DNA from: an uncultured Thermoleophilaceae bacterium
Lineage (GTDB): Bacteria > Actinomycetota > Thermoleophilia > Solirubrobacterales > Thermoleophilaceae
DNA length: 64,000 bases
NCBI GenBank assembly: GCA_963720475.1
Contig: OY970394.1
Span: 619,550 to 683,549, forward strand
Direction of reading: 5' to 3'
The first letter of the stretch is position 1, and each line of letters starts with the position of its first letter. The translations under genes and the position numbers were made by a program. Under the pieces are notes generated by a model. The model saw nothing but the letters and a program-made list of their open reading frames with translations. It had not been told where the DNA came from and ran no database searches. Positions 44,805 to 54,367 of this stretch are shown piece after piece.

Positions 44805-45617
44805 TCAGCCGGGCTTGCGGCCGATCGTCATCAGGTAGGTGGCCTCGTAGGCGACGGTCCCGTCGCTTCTGGTGTTCACCGCCTCATACGTGCCGACGAG
44901 GTCGGCGCGCAGCTTCGAATACGCCTCCTCGTCGAGGTTCTGCTTGGCGACGATCACCGGGCCGAGGTTTTCCTCGATGAAGCCGACCGCTTCGTCCATC
45001 GAGTCGAACGCGAACTCCACCGCCTGCTCCTCGAACTCCAGCCTGATGCCGTGCGGCTCGAACAGCTCACGAACGTGATCCTCGTCGCCCCACTGCACCG
45101 GAATCCCGGCGAACGGCGGGGGCGGTCCGAGGTGTCCGCCAAGGGTGGTGAACATCCTTCCTACCGCTCCCGACGGCCTCCAGGCGCAAATCCCGAGGAC
45201 TGCACCAGGCTTGGCCACGCGGACGAATTCGCCCGCAGCTACGTCGTGACGCGGGGCGAACATCACGCCGAAGGTCGAAAGCACAGCGTCGAAGCGGGCG
45301 TCCTCGAACGGCAGCGCCTCGGCGTCCGCCTCGATCCACTCGAGCTCGACTCCTGCCGCATCGGCTCGCCGCCGGCCGGCCTCGAACAGCTCCGGAGTCA
45401 GGTCGGAGGCGGTCACCTTCGCACCGGTCGCCGCGGCGCGGATCGACACGTTCCCGGTCCCTGCGGCGACATCGAGCACGTCCATGCCGGCTCCGATCGC
45501 GGCGCGATCCACGAGCCGTTCGCCGACCGCCCAGATGCGCTCGGCCGCGACATCGTAGTTGCCGAGGTTCCACATTGCGCGCTGCCCTTCCTTAAAAGCT
45601 GTGACCTCGTCGCTCAC
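44805..45617 (-). CDS. class I SAM-dependent methyltransferase
   Basis: VLDVAAGTGN motif. GTG start at 45617 after the GGGGAGGAAG SD. Confidence 0.8.
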   Translation of the reverse strand: MSDEVTAFKEGQRAMWNLGNYDVAAERIWAVGERLVDRAAIGAGMDVLDVAAGTGNVSIRAAATGAKVTASDLTPELFEAGRRRADAAGVELEWIEADAEALPFEDARFDAVLSTFGVMFAPRHDVAAGEFVRVAKPGAVLGICAWRPSGAVGRMFTTLGGHLGPPPPFAGIPVQWGDEDHVRELFEPHGIRLEFEEQAVEFAFDSMDEAVGFIEENLGPVIVAKQNLDEEAYSKLRADLVGTYEAVNTRSDGTVAYEATYLMTIGRKPG

Positions 45618-45666
45618 TTCTTCCTCCCCGTTCGTGTGTGGCCTTGTCCGCTGACCGCGCCGTACG

Positions 45667-46734
45667 TTACGGCGTGAACTTAACGTGGACGACGTCGCCG
45701 TCGGTGATGACGTAGTCACGCCCCTCGCTCCGAAGCGTGCCGCGCTCGCGTGCGCCGGCGTAGCCGCCGGCGTCGACGAGCTCGTCCCACGGGACGATCT
45801 CCGCGCGGACGAAGCCGCGCTGCATGTCGGTGTGGATCTCGCCGGCCGCCTCCGCCGCCGTCTCGCCGCGCGGGATCGCGTGTGCGCGCGCCTCGACGTC
45901 GCGGTCAGCGGTGAAGAAGGTGATCAGCCCCAGGAGGTCGAACGTTGCGCGGATCACGCGGTCGAGGCCGCTCTCCGGCACGCCCAGATCGGCCCGCATC
46001 GCGTCGGCCTCCTCCGAGTCGAGCTCGGCGAGCTCGGCCTCGAGCCGGGCACTCACCGCAAGCGCACCGGCGCCCTCCTCGCGCGCGTGCTCGACGATCT
46101 CCGGCGGCGGTTCGAGCGCCGCTCCCTCCTCGACGTTCGCGACGTACAACACGGGCTTCGCCGTAAGCGACGAGAGCAGCCGCTGCGCGTCGGGCGCGGA
46201 GCCCGGCGGCGGCACCGTCCGCGCCGCTCGGCCTGCCTCGAGCGCCTCGACCAGCTCGCCGAGCCACTTGCTCTCGGCAACGGTGCGCTTCTCGCCCGAC
46301 TTCGCCTCGCGCGCGACCCGCTCCCGGCGGCGCTCGGCCTGCTCGAGGTCGGCGAGCACCAACTCCGTGTCGATCACGCCGGCGTGGGCGGTCGGGTCGG
46401 CCGCCGCGTCCGGCAGGTCGTGCGCGCGCACGAGGTGCAGCAGCACGTCGGTCTCGCGGATCGCGCCGAGAAACTGGTTGCCGAGGCCCTCGCCGCGGTG
46501 CGCGCCCTCGACGAGGCCCGCGATGTCGTGGAACGAGATCGTCTCGTGGACGACCGGATCGGAGCCGAGCGTCTCGGCGACGCGGTCGAGACGCTCGTCG
46601 GGCACCGGGACGACAGCGACGTTCGGGTCGATCGTGGTGAAGGCGTAGCCGGCGGTTTCGGCCCCGCCCTGTGTGAGCGCATTGAAGAGCGTGGACTTGC
46701 CGGCGTTCGGCAGCCCGACGATGCCGATCTTCAT
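45667..46734 (-). CDS. ychF: redox-regulated ATPase YchF
   Basis: MKIGIVGLPNAGKSTLFNALT, DIAGLVEGA, C-terminal TGS-like domain. Confidence 0.92.
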   Translation of the reverse strand: MKIGIVGLPNAGKSTLFNALTQGGAETAGYAFTTIDPNVAVVPVPDERLDRVAETLGSDPVVHETISFHDIAGLVEGAHRGEGLGNQFLGAIRETDVLLHLVRAHDLPDAAADPTAHAGVIDTELVLADLEQAERRRERVAREAKSGEKRTVAESKWLGELVEALEAGRAARTVPPPGSAPDAQRLLSSLTAKPVLYVANVEEGAALEPPPEIVEHAREEGAGALAVSARLEAELAELDSEEADAMRADLGVPESGLDRVIRATFDLLGLITFFTADRDVEARAHAIPRGETAAEAAGEIHTDMQRGFVRAEIVPWDELVDAGGYAGARERGTLRSEGRDYVITDGDVVHVKFTP

Positions 46735-47210
46735 CGCAGCCCCGCCACCGCCCAACCGAGGGCGGCCCCGGCCAGGATGTCGGACGGGTAGTGGAGCCCC
46801 AGATAGGACCGCGACAGCGCCATCGCCGCCGCCGTGGCGTAGAGCGGCGGAGCGGGTAGGGCGCCCGACAGCGACCGCGCCGCCGCGAACGACGTCGCCG
46901 CGTGCGCGGACGGATAGCTCAGCGAGGTCACCGTCGAGGACAGCGGCGGCAGCGCTTCGATCGCCGGTCGCGGTCGGCGGATCGCGTACTTGAAGCCGAT
47001 GTTGGTCAGGTAGGCGATCGCGACCGTCGTCGCCGCGCGGCGGTATCCGCTCGCGCGGTCACGGTCGGCCGCGGCGCAGGCGGCGGCGAGCGCGAACCAG
47101 AACGCGCCGTGCTCTCCCGAACGGGAGAACGCCTTGATCGCCCGCTCGACCGGAGGGCCGTGCCCCCGCTCGCGCAGCAGGCGCAGGAAGCGGCGGTCGA
47201 GCGCTCGCAA
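46731..47210 (-). CDS. PAP2 family phosphatase
   Basis: KYAIRRPRP, YPSAHA, SRSYLGLHYPSD. TTG start; ATGA overlap with ychF. Confidence 0.8.
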   Translation of the reverse strand: MRALDRRFLRLLRERGHGPPVERAIKAFSRSGEHGAFWFALAAACAAADRDRASGYRRAATTVAIAYLTNIGFKYAIRRPRPAIEALPPLSSTVTSLSYPSAHAATSFAAARSLSGALPAPPLYATAAAMALSRSYLGLHYPSDILAGAALGWAVAGLR

Positions 47211-47211
47211 G

Positions 47212-47442
47212 CTAGAAGCCGACGCGGTTCTCTTCGGCGTCGAGGCGCACGTAGACGACCTTTGCGAGGTCCACGCTCACCTGCGAGTCCAATGCGGTGA
47301 TCTCGTGCCAGCCGCCGGGGGAGTCGCCCGCGAGCGCCTGGTGCAGGGAGTCGTGCTCGGCGGGGTTCATCCGCAGGCTCAGCACCTGGCCACCGGTGAA
47401 GCCGATGTCCACGCGGGTCGGGCTGTCGCTCTTCTCCGCCAT
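47212..47442 (-). CDS. DUF3107 family protein
   Basis: 76 aa, MAEKSDSPTRVDIGF...VVYVRLDAEENRVGF, with the characteristic C-terminal RVGF. Confidence 0.65.
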   Translation of the reverse strand: MAEKSDSPTRVDIGFTGGQVLSLRMNPAEHDSLHQALAGDSPGGWHEITALDSQVSVDLAKVVYVRLDAEENRVGF

Positions 47443-47446
47443 GGAT

Positions 47447-47860
47447 TCAGTGTCCCTCGGCCGGCTGGACCAGCTCAGTGAGCACACCGCCGGTTGCTTT
47501 CGGGTGCAGGAACGCTACGCGGCTCTGACGAATGCCGGTGCGCGGCGCGTCGTCGATCAGCTCCAGACCGGCGTCGCGGACGGCCTCCAGGGCCGTGTCG
47601 ATGTCGTCGGTGCGGTAGGCGACGTGGTGCATCCCCGGGCCTTTGCGCTCGATGAACTTCCCGACCGGCGTGTCGGGTGCCGTCGGCCGCATCAACTCGA
47701 TGTGGCCGTCGCCGATCTCGAGCAGCACGGCCTCGACGCCCTGCTCCTCGACGGTCTCACGGTGCTGCTCGCGCATGCCGAAGGCGTCGCGGTACAGCGC
47801 GAGCGCGCCGTCGAGGTCCTCGACGGCGACTCCGATGTGATCAATGCACCCGAACTCCAC
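47447..47860 (-). CDS. mce: methylmalonyl-CoA epimerase (VOC/glyoxalase fold)
   Basis: IDHIGVAVEDLD, GPGMHHVAY, LTELVQ. Confidence 0.8.
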   Translation of the reverse strand: MEFGCIDHIGVAVEDLDGALALYRDAFGMREQHRETVEEQGVEAVLLEIGDGHIELMRPTAPDTPVGKFIERKGPGMHHVAYRTDDIDTALEAVRDAGLELIDDAPRTGIRQSRVAFLHPKATGGVLTELVQPAEGH

Positions 47861-47872
47861 GGGCGCGGGAGT

Positions 47873-49414
47873 CTACTTTTCCGGCGGTTCCTCGACGCTC
47901 TCGGCCGCAGCCACGCGCGGCCGCGAGACCGACCCGTTGCGGGTCGGGTCGTCCGACCCGACGATCCGCTCGATGTCGGAGCGCTCGAGCGCTTCGTTCT
48001 CGAGCAGCGTTTCAGCGAGCTTGTCGAGCGTGGCGCGATGCTGTGAGACGAGCTCCAGCGCGCGCCGGTAGGCGAGGTCGGAGATGTGCTGCTGCTCGTC
48101 GTCGATCGCGCGCCGGGTCGCGTCGGAGAGCGAGTAGTCGTCGGCCGGCATCTTGCGGGAGGCGATTCCAGTTCCCATCCCATAGTCGACGACCATCGAG
48201 CGGCTGATCTTGTGCACCTTCGCGAGGTCGTCGGCCGCACCCGTCGTGATCGCGCCGAAGACGGTCGTCTCGGCCGCGCGCCCGCCGAGCAGCACGACGA
48301 GGTAGTCGCTCAGCTCTTCCTTCGACTTCAGGTAGCGGTCCTCGTCGGGGAGGTTGAGCGTGTAGCCGAGCGCGCGGCCGCGGGGGACGATCGAGATCTT
48401 GTGGACCTTCTCGACCGACGGCAGCAGCTCGGAGCAGAGCGCATGGCCCGCTTCGTGGAAGGCGACGACGCGCTTCTCGTGCTCGTTCATCGCCCGGCGC
48501 GACTGCATCCCGGCGATGACGCGCTCGAGCGCGTCATCGAAGTCGGAGGCGAAGATCACGTCGCGGCCCCCGCGCCCGGCGATGATCGCGGCCTCGTTGC
48601 AGATGTTCGCCAGGTCGGCGCCGGTCAGGCCGCTGGTCTGGCGCGCGACGAGGTCGAAGTCGACCCCGTGGACCGGCTTGTTCTCCGAATGGACCTTGAG
48701 AATCTCCTCGCGGCCGATCCTGTCCGGCGGCGAAACGAACACCTGGCGATCGAAACGTCCGGGCCGTAGCAGAGCCGGGTCGAGCTTGTCGAGTAGGTTC
48801 GACGCCGCGATCACGACGACGTCCTTGGCGGTCGAGAAGCCGTCCATCTCGACCAGCAGCTGGTTGAGCGTCTGGTCCTTCTCGCCGGAGAACTGCGAGC
48901 CGCGGGTGGAGCCGACGGCGTCGAGCTCGTCGATGAAGATGATCGCGGGCGCAGCCTTGCGGGCGGCCTTGAACAGGCGCCGGATGCGTGCTGCGCCGAG
49001 CCCGGCGAACATCTCGACGAACGACGATGCCGACTGGGCGAAGAACTCGGCCTTCGCCTCGTGGGCGACGGCCTTTGCGAGCATCGTCTTGCCGGTGCCC
49101 GGCGGGCCGTGGAGCAGGATGCCGCGGGGAACGTTCGCCCCCAGCTTCCGGAACCGCTTGGGGTTGCGGAGGAAGTCGACGACCTCGCGCAGCTCTGCCT
49201 TGGCCTCCTCGACACCGGCGACGTCGTCCCATTCGACCGATGAGCTCGACTCCGGCTTGATCTTCTGCGGCTTCGTCCGCGGGACGAACTTGATCATCAT
49301 CGCGAACAGGACCACGATCAGACCCATAAAGATCAGCGGGAGCCACGTGAGCGCCCACTGTTCGAAGTCGAAGTTGTCCAGGAAAAAACCGAGCGGCACA
49401 GCCATCCTCGTCAT
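47873..49414 (-). CDS. FtsH-like AAA+ / M41 zinc metalloprotease, short single-TM form
   Basis: GILLHGPPGTGKTMLAKA, IIFIDELDA, HEAGHAL. Only one N-terminal hydrophobic segment (WLPLIFMGLIVVLFAMMI). Start at ATG 49414 or 49405. Confidence 0.85.
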   Translation of the reverse strand: MTRMAVPLGFFLDNFDFEQWALTWLPLIFMGLIVVLFAMMIKFVPRTKPQKIKPESSSSVEWDDVAGVEEAKAELREVVDFLRNPKRFRKLGANVPRGILLHGPPGTGKTMLAKAVAHEAKAEFFAQSASSFVEMFAGLGAARIRRLFKAARKAAPAIIFIDELDAVGSTRGSQFSGEKDQTLNQLLVEMDGFSTAKDVVVIAASNLLDKLDPALLRPGRFDRQVFVSPPDRIGREEILKVHSENKPVHGVDFDLVARQTSGLTGADLANICNEAAIIAGRGGRDVIFASDFDDALERVIAGMQSRRAMNEHEKRVVAFHEAGHALCSELLPSVEKVHKISIVPRGRALGYTLNLPDEDRYLKSKEELSDYLVVLLGGRAAETTVFGAITTGAADDLAKVHKISRSMVVDYGMGTGIASRKMPADDYSLSDATRRAIDDEQQHISDLAYRRALELVSQHRATLDKLAETLLENEALERSDIERIVGSDDPTRNGSVSRPRVAAAESVEEPPEK

Positions 49415-49448
49415 ACATCGGCCGCGGCGGGGATCCCCTTTACCGCGG

Positions 49449-50762
49449 TCATCCGAGGACCTTGGGCGCGAGGTCGGCATAGAAGCGCGCGGCGAGGCCG
49501 AGATCGGCGATCGGGACGCGCTCGTCGGCGCCGTGGATCAGCGGCGCAGCCTCGAAGATGTCCATCGCATTCTGGGGGAAGAACCCGTAAGCGACGCAGT
49601 CGGGGAACGCCTTCCGCCACCAGTGCGAATCGGAGAATCCGGGCAGCACGGAGGGGACGACCTCCGCGCCCGGGTCCTCGGCGGCGACGAAGTCGCGGAT
49701 GTGGCCCATCAGGTCCGTGTCGATCGGCGAGCGGTTGCCGACGATCCGTTCGCTGAACTCGACGTTGTAGCCGCCGTCGTCGCCGAGCACCTCGGCGATC
49801 TTCCCAAGCACGTGCTCCTCGCCGTGGTCGGGCGGCACGCGGCAGTCCACCTTGAGCTCGGCGTGCGAGGGGATCACGTTGATCTTCTCCGACGCGCTCG
49901 CCATCGTCGGCGCGAGCGTCACGCCGAGCTGAGGCTCGAGCAGGATCGCGACGCGCGGGTCGCGCCGTTCGACCTCGGCCACGACCTCGGCGAGGTCGCC
50001 GTCGGGTTCGATCCCGACCGCGCGCAGGAAGGCCTCCGGCTCCGGGCTCAGCTCGAGCGAGGGCTGGCGCTCGGCCATCGCGCCCAGCAGCGGCGCAAGC
50101 TTCGTCAAGGCGTTGTCGCCGATGCGCGGGATCGAGGCGTGCCCGGCGCGGCCCTCGGTCGAGAGCTTGAAGCGGAAGACGCCCTTCTCGGCGACGCAGA
50201 CCCCGTAGAGCCGCGTGCCGTCGAACTCGAGCACCTCGCCCGCGCCCTCGTTGACGACCATGTCGCAGCGGACCTTGTCGGGATGCTCGGCGCACAGCCA
50301 CTGCGCTCCGTGGGTGGCGCCGACCTCCTCGTCGGCGGTGACGACGATCTTCAGCTCGCCGTTCGCGGGCCGCCAACCCGTTTCGGTCAGGGCGACGGCG
50401 GCGGCGATCTCCGCGGCCACCTGGCTCTTCATGTCGAGCGCTCCGCGGCCCCAGACGCAGTCGTCCTTGATCTCGGCGGCCCACGGATCGACCGACCACT
50501 CGCCCGGATCGGCGAGGACGGTGTCGACGTGGCCGAGGTAGCAGAGGCTCGGGCCGTCCGACTCGGCCGCCAGGCGCGCGATCAGGTTCGGGCGTCCCGG
50601 GATGTCGGCAAGCAGCTCGCACTCGAAGCCGGCCTCGGTGAGAACGCCGCGGAGGAACTCCTGCGCCGCCTCTTCGTTGCCCGGCGGATTGACCGTGTTG
50701 AACCGGATCAGCCGCTGGAGCAGCTCCGTCGTGCGCCGCTCCAGTTCGGCCGCTTCGGGCAT
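49449..50762 (-). CDS. M20 family metallopeptidase (ArgE/DapE/CPG2-like)
   Basis: 437 aa from the internal ATG 50762. LCYLGHVDTV, GRGALDMK, ADEEVG. Confidence 0.8.
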   Translation of the reverse strand: MPEAAELERRTTELLQRLIRFNTVNPPGNEEAAQEFLRGVLTEAGFECELLADIPGRPNLIARLAAESDGPSLCYLGHVDTVLADPGEWSVDPWAAEIKDDCVWGRGALDMKSQVAAEIAAAVALTETGWRPANGELKIVVTADEEVGATHGAQWLCAEHPDKVRCDMVVNEGAGEVLEFDGTRLYGVCVAEKGVFRFKLSTEGRAGHASIPRIGDNALTKLAPLLGAMAERQPSLELSPEPEAFLRAVGIEPDGDLAEVVAEVERRDPRVAILLEPQLGVTLAPTMASASEKINVIPSHAELKVDCRVPPDHGEEHVLGKIAEVLGDDGGYNVEFSERIVGNRSPIDTDLMGHIRDFVAAEDPGAEVVPSVLPGFSDSHWWRKAFPDCVAYGFFPQNAMDIFEAAPLIHGADERVPIADLGLAARFYADLAPKVLG

Positions 50763-50817
50763 GGGGTCAGGGTACTTACGTCGGCCTGCCGGGTGAGGCT
50801 GGTGGAAGAATCGTCCT

Positions 50818-52158
50818 GTGGAGCGGCTGTTCGACACCGGCGATCCACCCCCGCGCGGCGAGGCCGTGCCGGCCGAGGACCAGCCACTCGCGACGCGCAT
50901 GCGGCCGCGCTCGCTCGACGAGTTCGTCGGGCAGGAGCATCTGCTCGGCGAGGGCGCCGCGCTGCGGACCGCGATCGACGAGGGCCGGCCGCACTCGATG
51001 GTCCTCTACGGCCCACCCGGCGCCGGCAAGACGACGCTCGCGCGGATGCTCGCCGCGAATGCCGAAGCGGCCTTCGAGGAGGCGTCTGCGGTCAACGCGG
51101 GGCGCGCCGAGGTGCGCGAGGTGATCGAGCGGGCGCGCGAGCGGCGCGGGCTCTCCGGCCAGGCGACGATCTTCTTCCTCGACGAGATCCACCGCTTCAA
51201 CAAGGCGCAGCAGGACGCGCTCCTGCCGGCCGTCGAGGAGGGGTTGATCACACTCGTGGGCGCAACGACCGAGAACCCCTACTTCGAGGTCAACTCGGCG
51301 CTGCTCTCGCGCACGCGCGTGTACGAGTTGCGAGCGCTAGCCGACGGTGAGGTGCTTGCGCTGCTGCGACGCGCGCTCGCGGCACCCGACGGCCGGGGGA
51401 TCACCGAGCCGGCCGCGGTGGCCGACGAGGCGCTCGAATTCCTGGCGGCTCGCTCGGGCGGCGACGCCCGCACGGCCCTGTCGGCGCTCGAGCTCGCGTG
51501 CGAGACGGTCGTCGGCAAAGAGGTCACGCTGCGCCACGCCGAGGACGCCCTCCAGCGCAAGGCCGTGCTCTACGACCGCGCCGGCGACCGCCACTACGAC
51601 ACGATCTCCGCCTGGATCAAGGCAACGCGCGGCTCTGACCCCGACGCGTCGCTGCTCTACCTCGCGGTCATGCTCGAGGGGGGCGAGGATCCGCGCTTCA
51701 TCGCGCGGCGGATGGTCATCTTCGCGAGCGAGGACATCGGCAACGCCGACCCGCGCGCGCTCCAGGTCGCCGTTGCCGCCGCGCAGGCGGTCGAGCACGT
51801 CGGCATGCCCGAGTGCGCGTTCAACCTCTCGCAGGCGGCGACCTACCTCGCACTGGCGCCGAAGGCCGACACGGCCAAACGCTCGATCGGATCGGCGCGC
51901 GGATGGGTGCGCGATCACGGTGCGCCCGAGGTTCCCGCCCACCTGCGCGGGGCCGAGCGCCCAGGCGAGGATGGCCGCCCGTCGGGCCACGAGCCGTATG
52001 ACTCGCCGCACGGGCACCGGGAGGGCACCTCGCCCCAGGAGCTGATGCCCGACGAGGCGGTCGGCGAACGCTTCCTCGACCTGTCCGAGCATGGTGAGGA
52101 GCGCGGACTGCGCGAGCGCCTCGAGGCGATCCGCCGCTCGCGCGGGCGTGTGCGATAG
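50818..52158 (+). CDS. rarA: replication-associated recombination protein A (AAA+ ATPase)
   Basis: [42 protein letters not shown]. Confidence 0.92.
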   Translation: MERLFDTGDPPPRGEAVPAEDQPLATRMRPRSLDEFVGQEHLLGEGAALRTAIDEGRPHSMVLYGPPGAGKTTLARMLAANAEAAFEEASAVNAGRAEVREVIERARERRGLSGQATIFFLDEIHRFNKAQQDALLPAVEEGLITLVGATTENPYFEVNSALLSRTRVYELRALADGEVLALLRRALAAPDGRGITEPAAVADEALEFLAARSGGDARTALSALELACETVVGKEVTLRHAEDALQRKAVLYDRAGDRHYDTISAWIKATRGSDPDASLLYLAVMLEGGEDPRFIARRMVIFASEDIGNADPRALQVAVAAAQAVEHVGMPECAFNLSQAATYLALAPKADTAKRSIGSARGWVRDHGAPEVPAHLRGAERPGEDGRPSGHEPYDSPHGHREGTSPQELMPDEAVGERFLDLSEHGEERGLRERLEAIRRSRGRVR

Positions 52159-52211
52159 GTCACACGACTGAGCCGGATCCGCGGAGCCAAGCGCCGGACT
52201 GCGAAAGAAAT

Positions 52212-52238
52212 GTTGCCGCGAGGTAAAGGCGCGGCAAC
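52212..52238 (+). terminator. hairpin downstream of rarA (possible terminator without a U-tract)
   Basis: GTTGCCGCG-AGGTAAAGG-CGCGGCAAC is a 9-bp perfect stem; no T-run follows. Confidence 0.3.
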
Positions 52239-52258
52239 CGTGACCGATCCTTATCCGT

Positions 52259-52846
52259 ATGCCTGGTTTCAAGACCAGGACACGCATGGCCGAATCCGCT
52301 CAGACCTCAGACCCGGGAGCTCTGCTCTCGACCGCGCACGAGCTCGATGACGAGCTCACCGTTCGGCTGCGCCTGACGCGGCCGAGCGATACCTCACGCG
52401 TGCGCGGCTTCTTCGGAGCGCTCTCCGACGAGACGGCCCAGCGCCGCTTCTTCACGTCGATCCCGACGATGGACGAGCGCACCCTGCGGCACTTCACCTT
52501 CTACAACCCGCGCGAGCGGCTGGTCGTGGCCGCGACGACGCCGGTTGGCGGCACCGAGGAGCTGATCGGTCTCGCCGACGTCTCGCTCGACGGCGCGGGC
52601 GAAGCCGAGTTCGGCCTTGTCGTCGGCGACGAGTGGCAAGGGCGCGGCGTGGGACTGCTGCTTGCCGACGCGATCACGACGCTCGCCGTGCGCCATGGTG
52701 CGCGCACCCTCAAGGCGACGATGCTCGAGTCGAGCCGGCGGATGCTCTCCCTGCTGCGCCGGATCGGCCCGACCGTCGAGACGGTCGAGGACGGCAACCC
52801 CGTCGCCTACACCCGCCTCGCCGTCGGCGGGCGCCGCGCCGCGTAG
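52259..52846 (+). CDS. GNAT family N-acetyltransferase
   Basis: 195 aa with WQGRGVGLLLADA. Confidence 0.75.
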   Translation: MPGFKTRTRMAESAQTSDPGALLSTAHELDDELTVRLRLTRPSDTSRVRGFFGALSDETAQRRFFTSIPTMDERTLRHFTFYNPRERLVVAATTPVGGTEELIGLADVSLDGAGEAEFGLVVGDEWQGRGVGLLLADAITTLAVRHGARTLKATMLESSRRMLSLLRRIGPTVETVEDGNPVAYTRLAVGGRRAA

Positions 52847-52849
52847 CTG

Positions 52850-54298
52850 CTAGTCGACGATCCTGAAGTTGACTACGCGCCGGCTCGACCGCTTGCCCTC
52901 GCCGTCGACGGCCCGCGCCGTGAGGCGATAACGACCGGGCGCGAGGCGCCCCTCCGAGACCCGTCCGCTGAAGTCCCAATGGTTGAGGCCCGAGATCGCG
53001 CGACGTGTCCTGCTGGCGACGGTCTCGAACTTTCCGTCGGTGCGCCGCTCGAACGTAAACGTGACGCTGGCGGGCTCGCTGAGGAACCACGAAATCTTCG
53101 TCCCCATCCGTACGCCACGCGTGCGCTTCCGCGACGGTGAAGGTGTGCCCACCCGGAAACGCCGGTCCGTCACGGTGAGCCCCATCAGCGTCGGTCCGGC
53201 GAGATTGGGCGTGACGAGCGCTGTGCTCGAACCCCCGGCGGGCGGCGTCGGTGGAGTCTGGACCTCGCCGAACTTCTGGATCCGGTCGTTGCCGGTGTCG
53301 GCGACGTAGACGTTGCCGGCTGAATCAGTCGCCAGCCCGGTCGGGTGGGCGAACTGCCCGGGCCCTTGGCCGGAGCTCCCGAACGTTGAGAGGAACTGCC
53401 CGCCGTTGGTGAACTGCTGGACGCGGTCGTTGCCCGTGTCCGAAGCGAGCACGTGTCCTCCCGGTGCCACCGCCAGGCCCTCCGGGCTCGGCTCCGCCTC
53501 GTCCTGGCTGAACTGCGCGGTCGCCGACCCTCCGCCTCCGCCAAAGATGCTGAAGTCTTCGATTGCGAGGCAGGGGCACGAATTCGCGTCGCTGATCGAG
53601 GCGACGAGGCTCCACGCGAGATCGCCCACGAAGACACTGCCGCCGCCCCAGGCGAGCCCGCCGGTGTTGTTGCACCCGATCGGGCAGAGCGGCCCGTTCC
53701 TTTGCTTCGTCGGATCGCCGGTGGAGTCGAACGCCTGGAGCAAGGGGGACGCGTCGGCGACGTAGACCCCGCCCTTCGAGTCGGTGGTCACCGCCGCGGG
53801 CCGGCAGAAGCCGACCGGCAACGGCGTGATCCCCTCGCAGGAGTTGCGCCCCCAGGTGCGGACGAAGTCCCCGTCGTCCCCGTCGAACTGCTGCACTCGA
53901 TGGGCATAGGGCTCCGTCACGTAGATGCTCGTCCCGCCGGCGTCGCTATGGACCGCGATCCCGTGTGGCAGGCAGAGGGTCCCCGGCGCCGGGATCTTGT
54001 ACGTGGTCCCGCAGGTCGGCCCGTTCGGCTTTCCGAAGGTGGCGAGCAGACGCCCGTCGGGGGTGAACTTCTGAATGCTCGCGAGCTGATCGTCGAGGAC
54101 GTAGACATTCCCCGCCGCGTCCGTCGCGACCCCGGTCGGCGACTGGAACTGTCCGGGGCCGGAACCCGTTGTGCCCCACTGCGTGACGAAGCCGAACGCG
54201 GCGCTCGCCGGGGAGGCTCCGGCGGCAAGGCAGGCCACCGCCAGGACAGCGGCCCACGCGGACCGCGCGATGACCCGTCTGCTCGGAACTCCTTTCAC
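52850..54298 (-). CDS. secreted NHL-repeat protein with C-terminal Ig-like domain
   Basis: C-terminal 482 aa of track ORF 52850..55876. The GTG start at 54298 gives VKGVPSRRVIARSAWAAVLAVACLAAGASPASA. Repeats GQFQSPTGVATDAAGNVYVLD and GQFAHPTGLATDSAGNVYVADTGNDRIQKF. Confidence 0.8.
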   Translation of the reverse strand: MKGVPSRRVIARSAWAAVLAVACLAAGASPASAAFGFVTQWGTTGSGPGQFQSPTGVATDAAGNVYVLDDQLASIQKFTPDGRLLATFGKPNGPTCGTTYKIPAPGTLCLPHGIAVHSDAGGTSIYVTEPYAHRVQQFDGDDGDFVRTWGRNSCEGITPLPVGFCRPAAVTTDSKGGVYVADASPLLQAFDSTGDPTKQRNGPLCPIGCNNTGGLAWGGGSVFVGDLAWSLVASISDANSCPCLAIEDFSIFGGGGGSATAQFSQDEAEPSPEGLAVAPGGHVLASDTGNDRVQQFTNGGQFLSTFGSSGQGPGQFAHPTGLATDSAGNVYVADTGNDRIQKFGEVQTPPTPPAGGSSTALVTPNLAGPTLMGLTVTDRRFRVGTPSPSRKRTRGVRMGTKISWFLSEPASVTFTFERRTDGKFETVASRTRRAISGLNHWDFSGRVSEGRLAPGRYRLTARAVDGEGKRSSRRVVNFRIVD

Positions 54299-54367
54299 GT
54301 GTGCTGACGCTACCCAACGCGCGTCGGGCGTGCGCAGGACGCCGATCAGCGCGGGTACCCTTATGGA

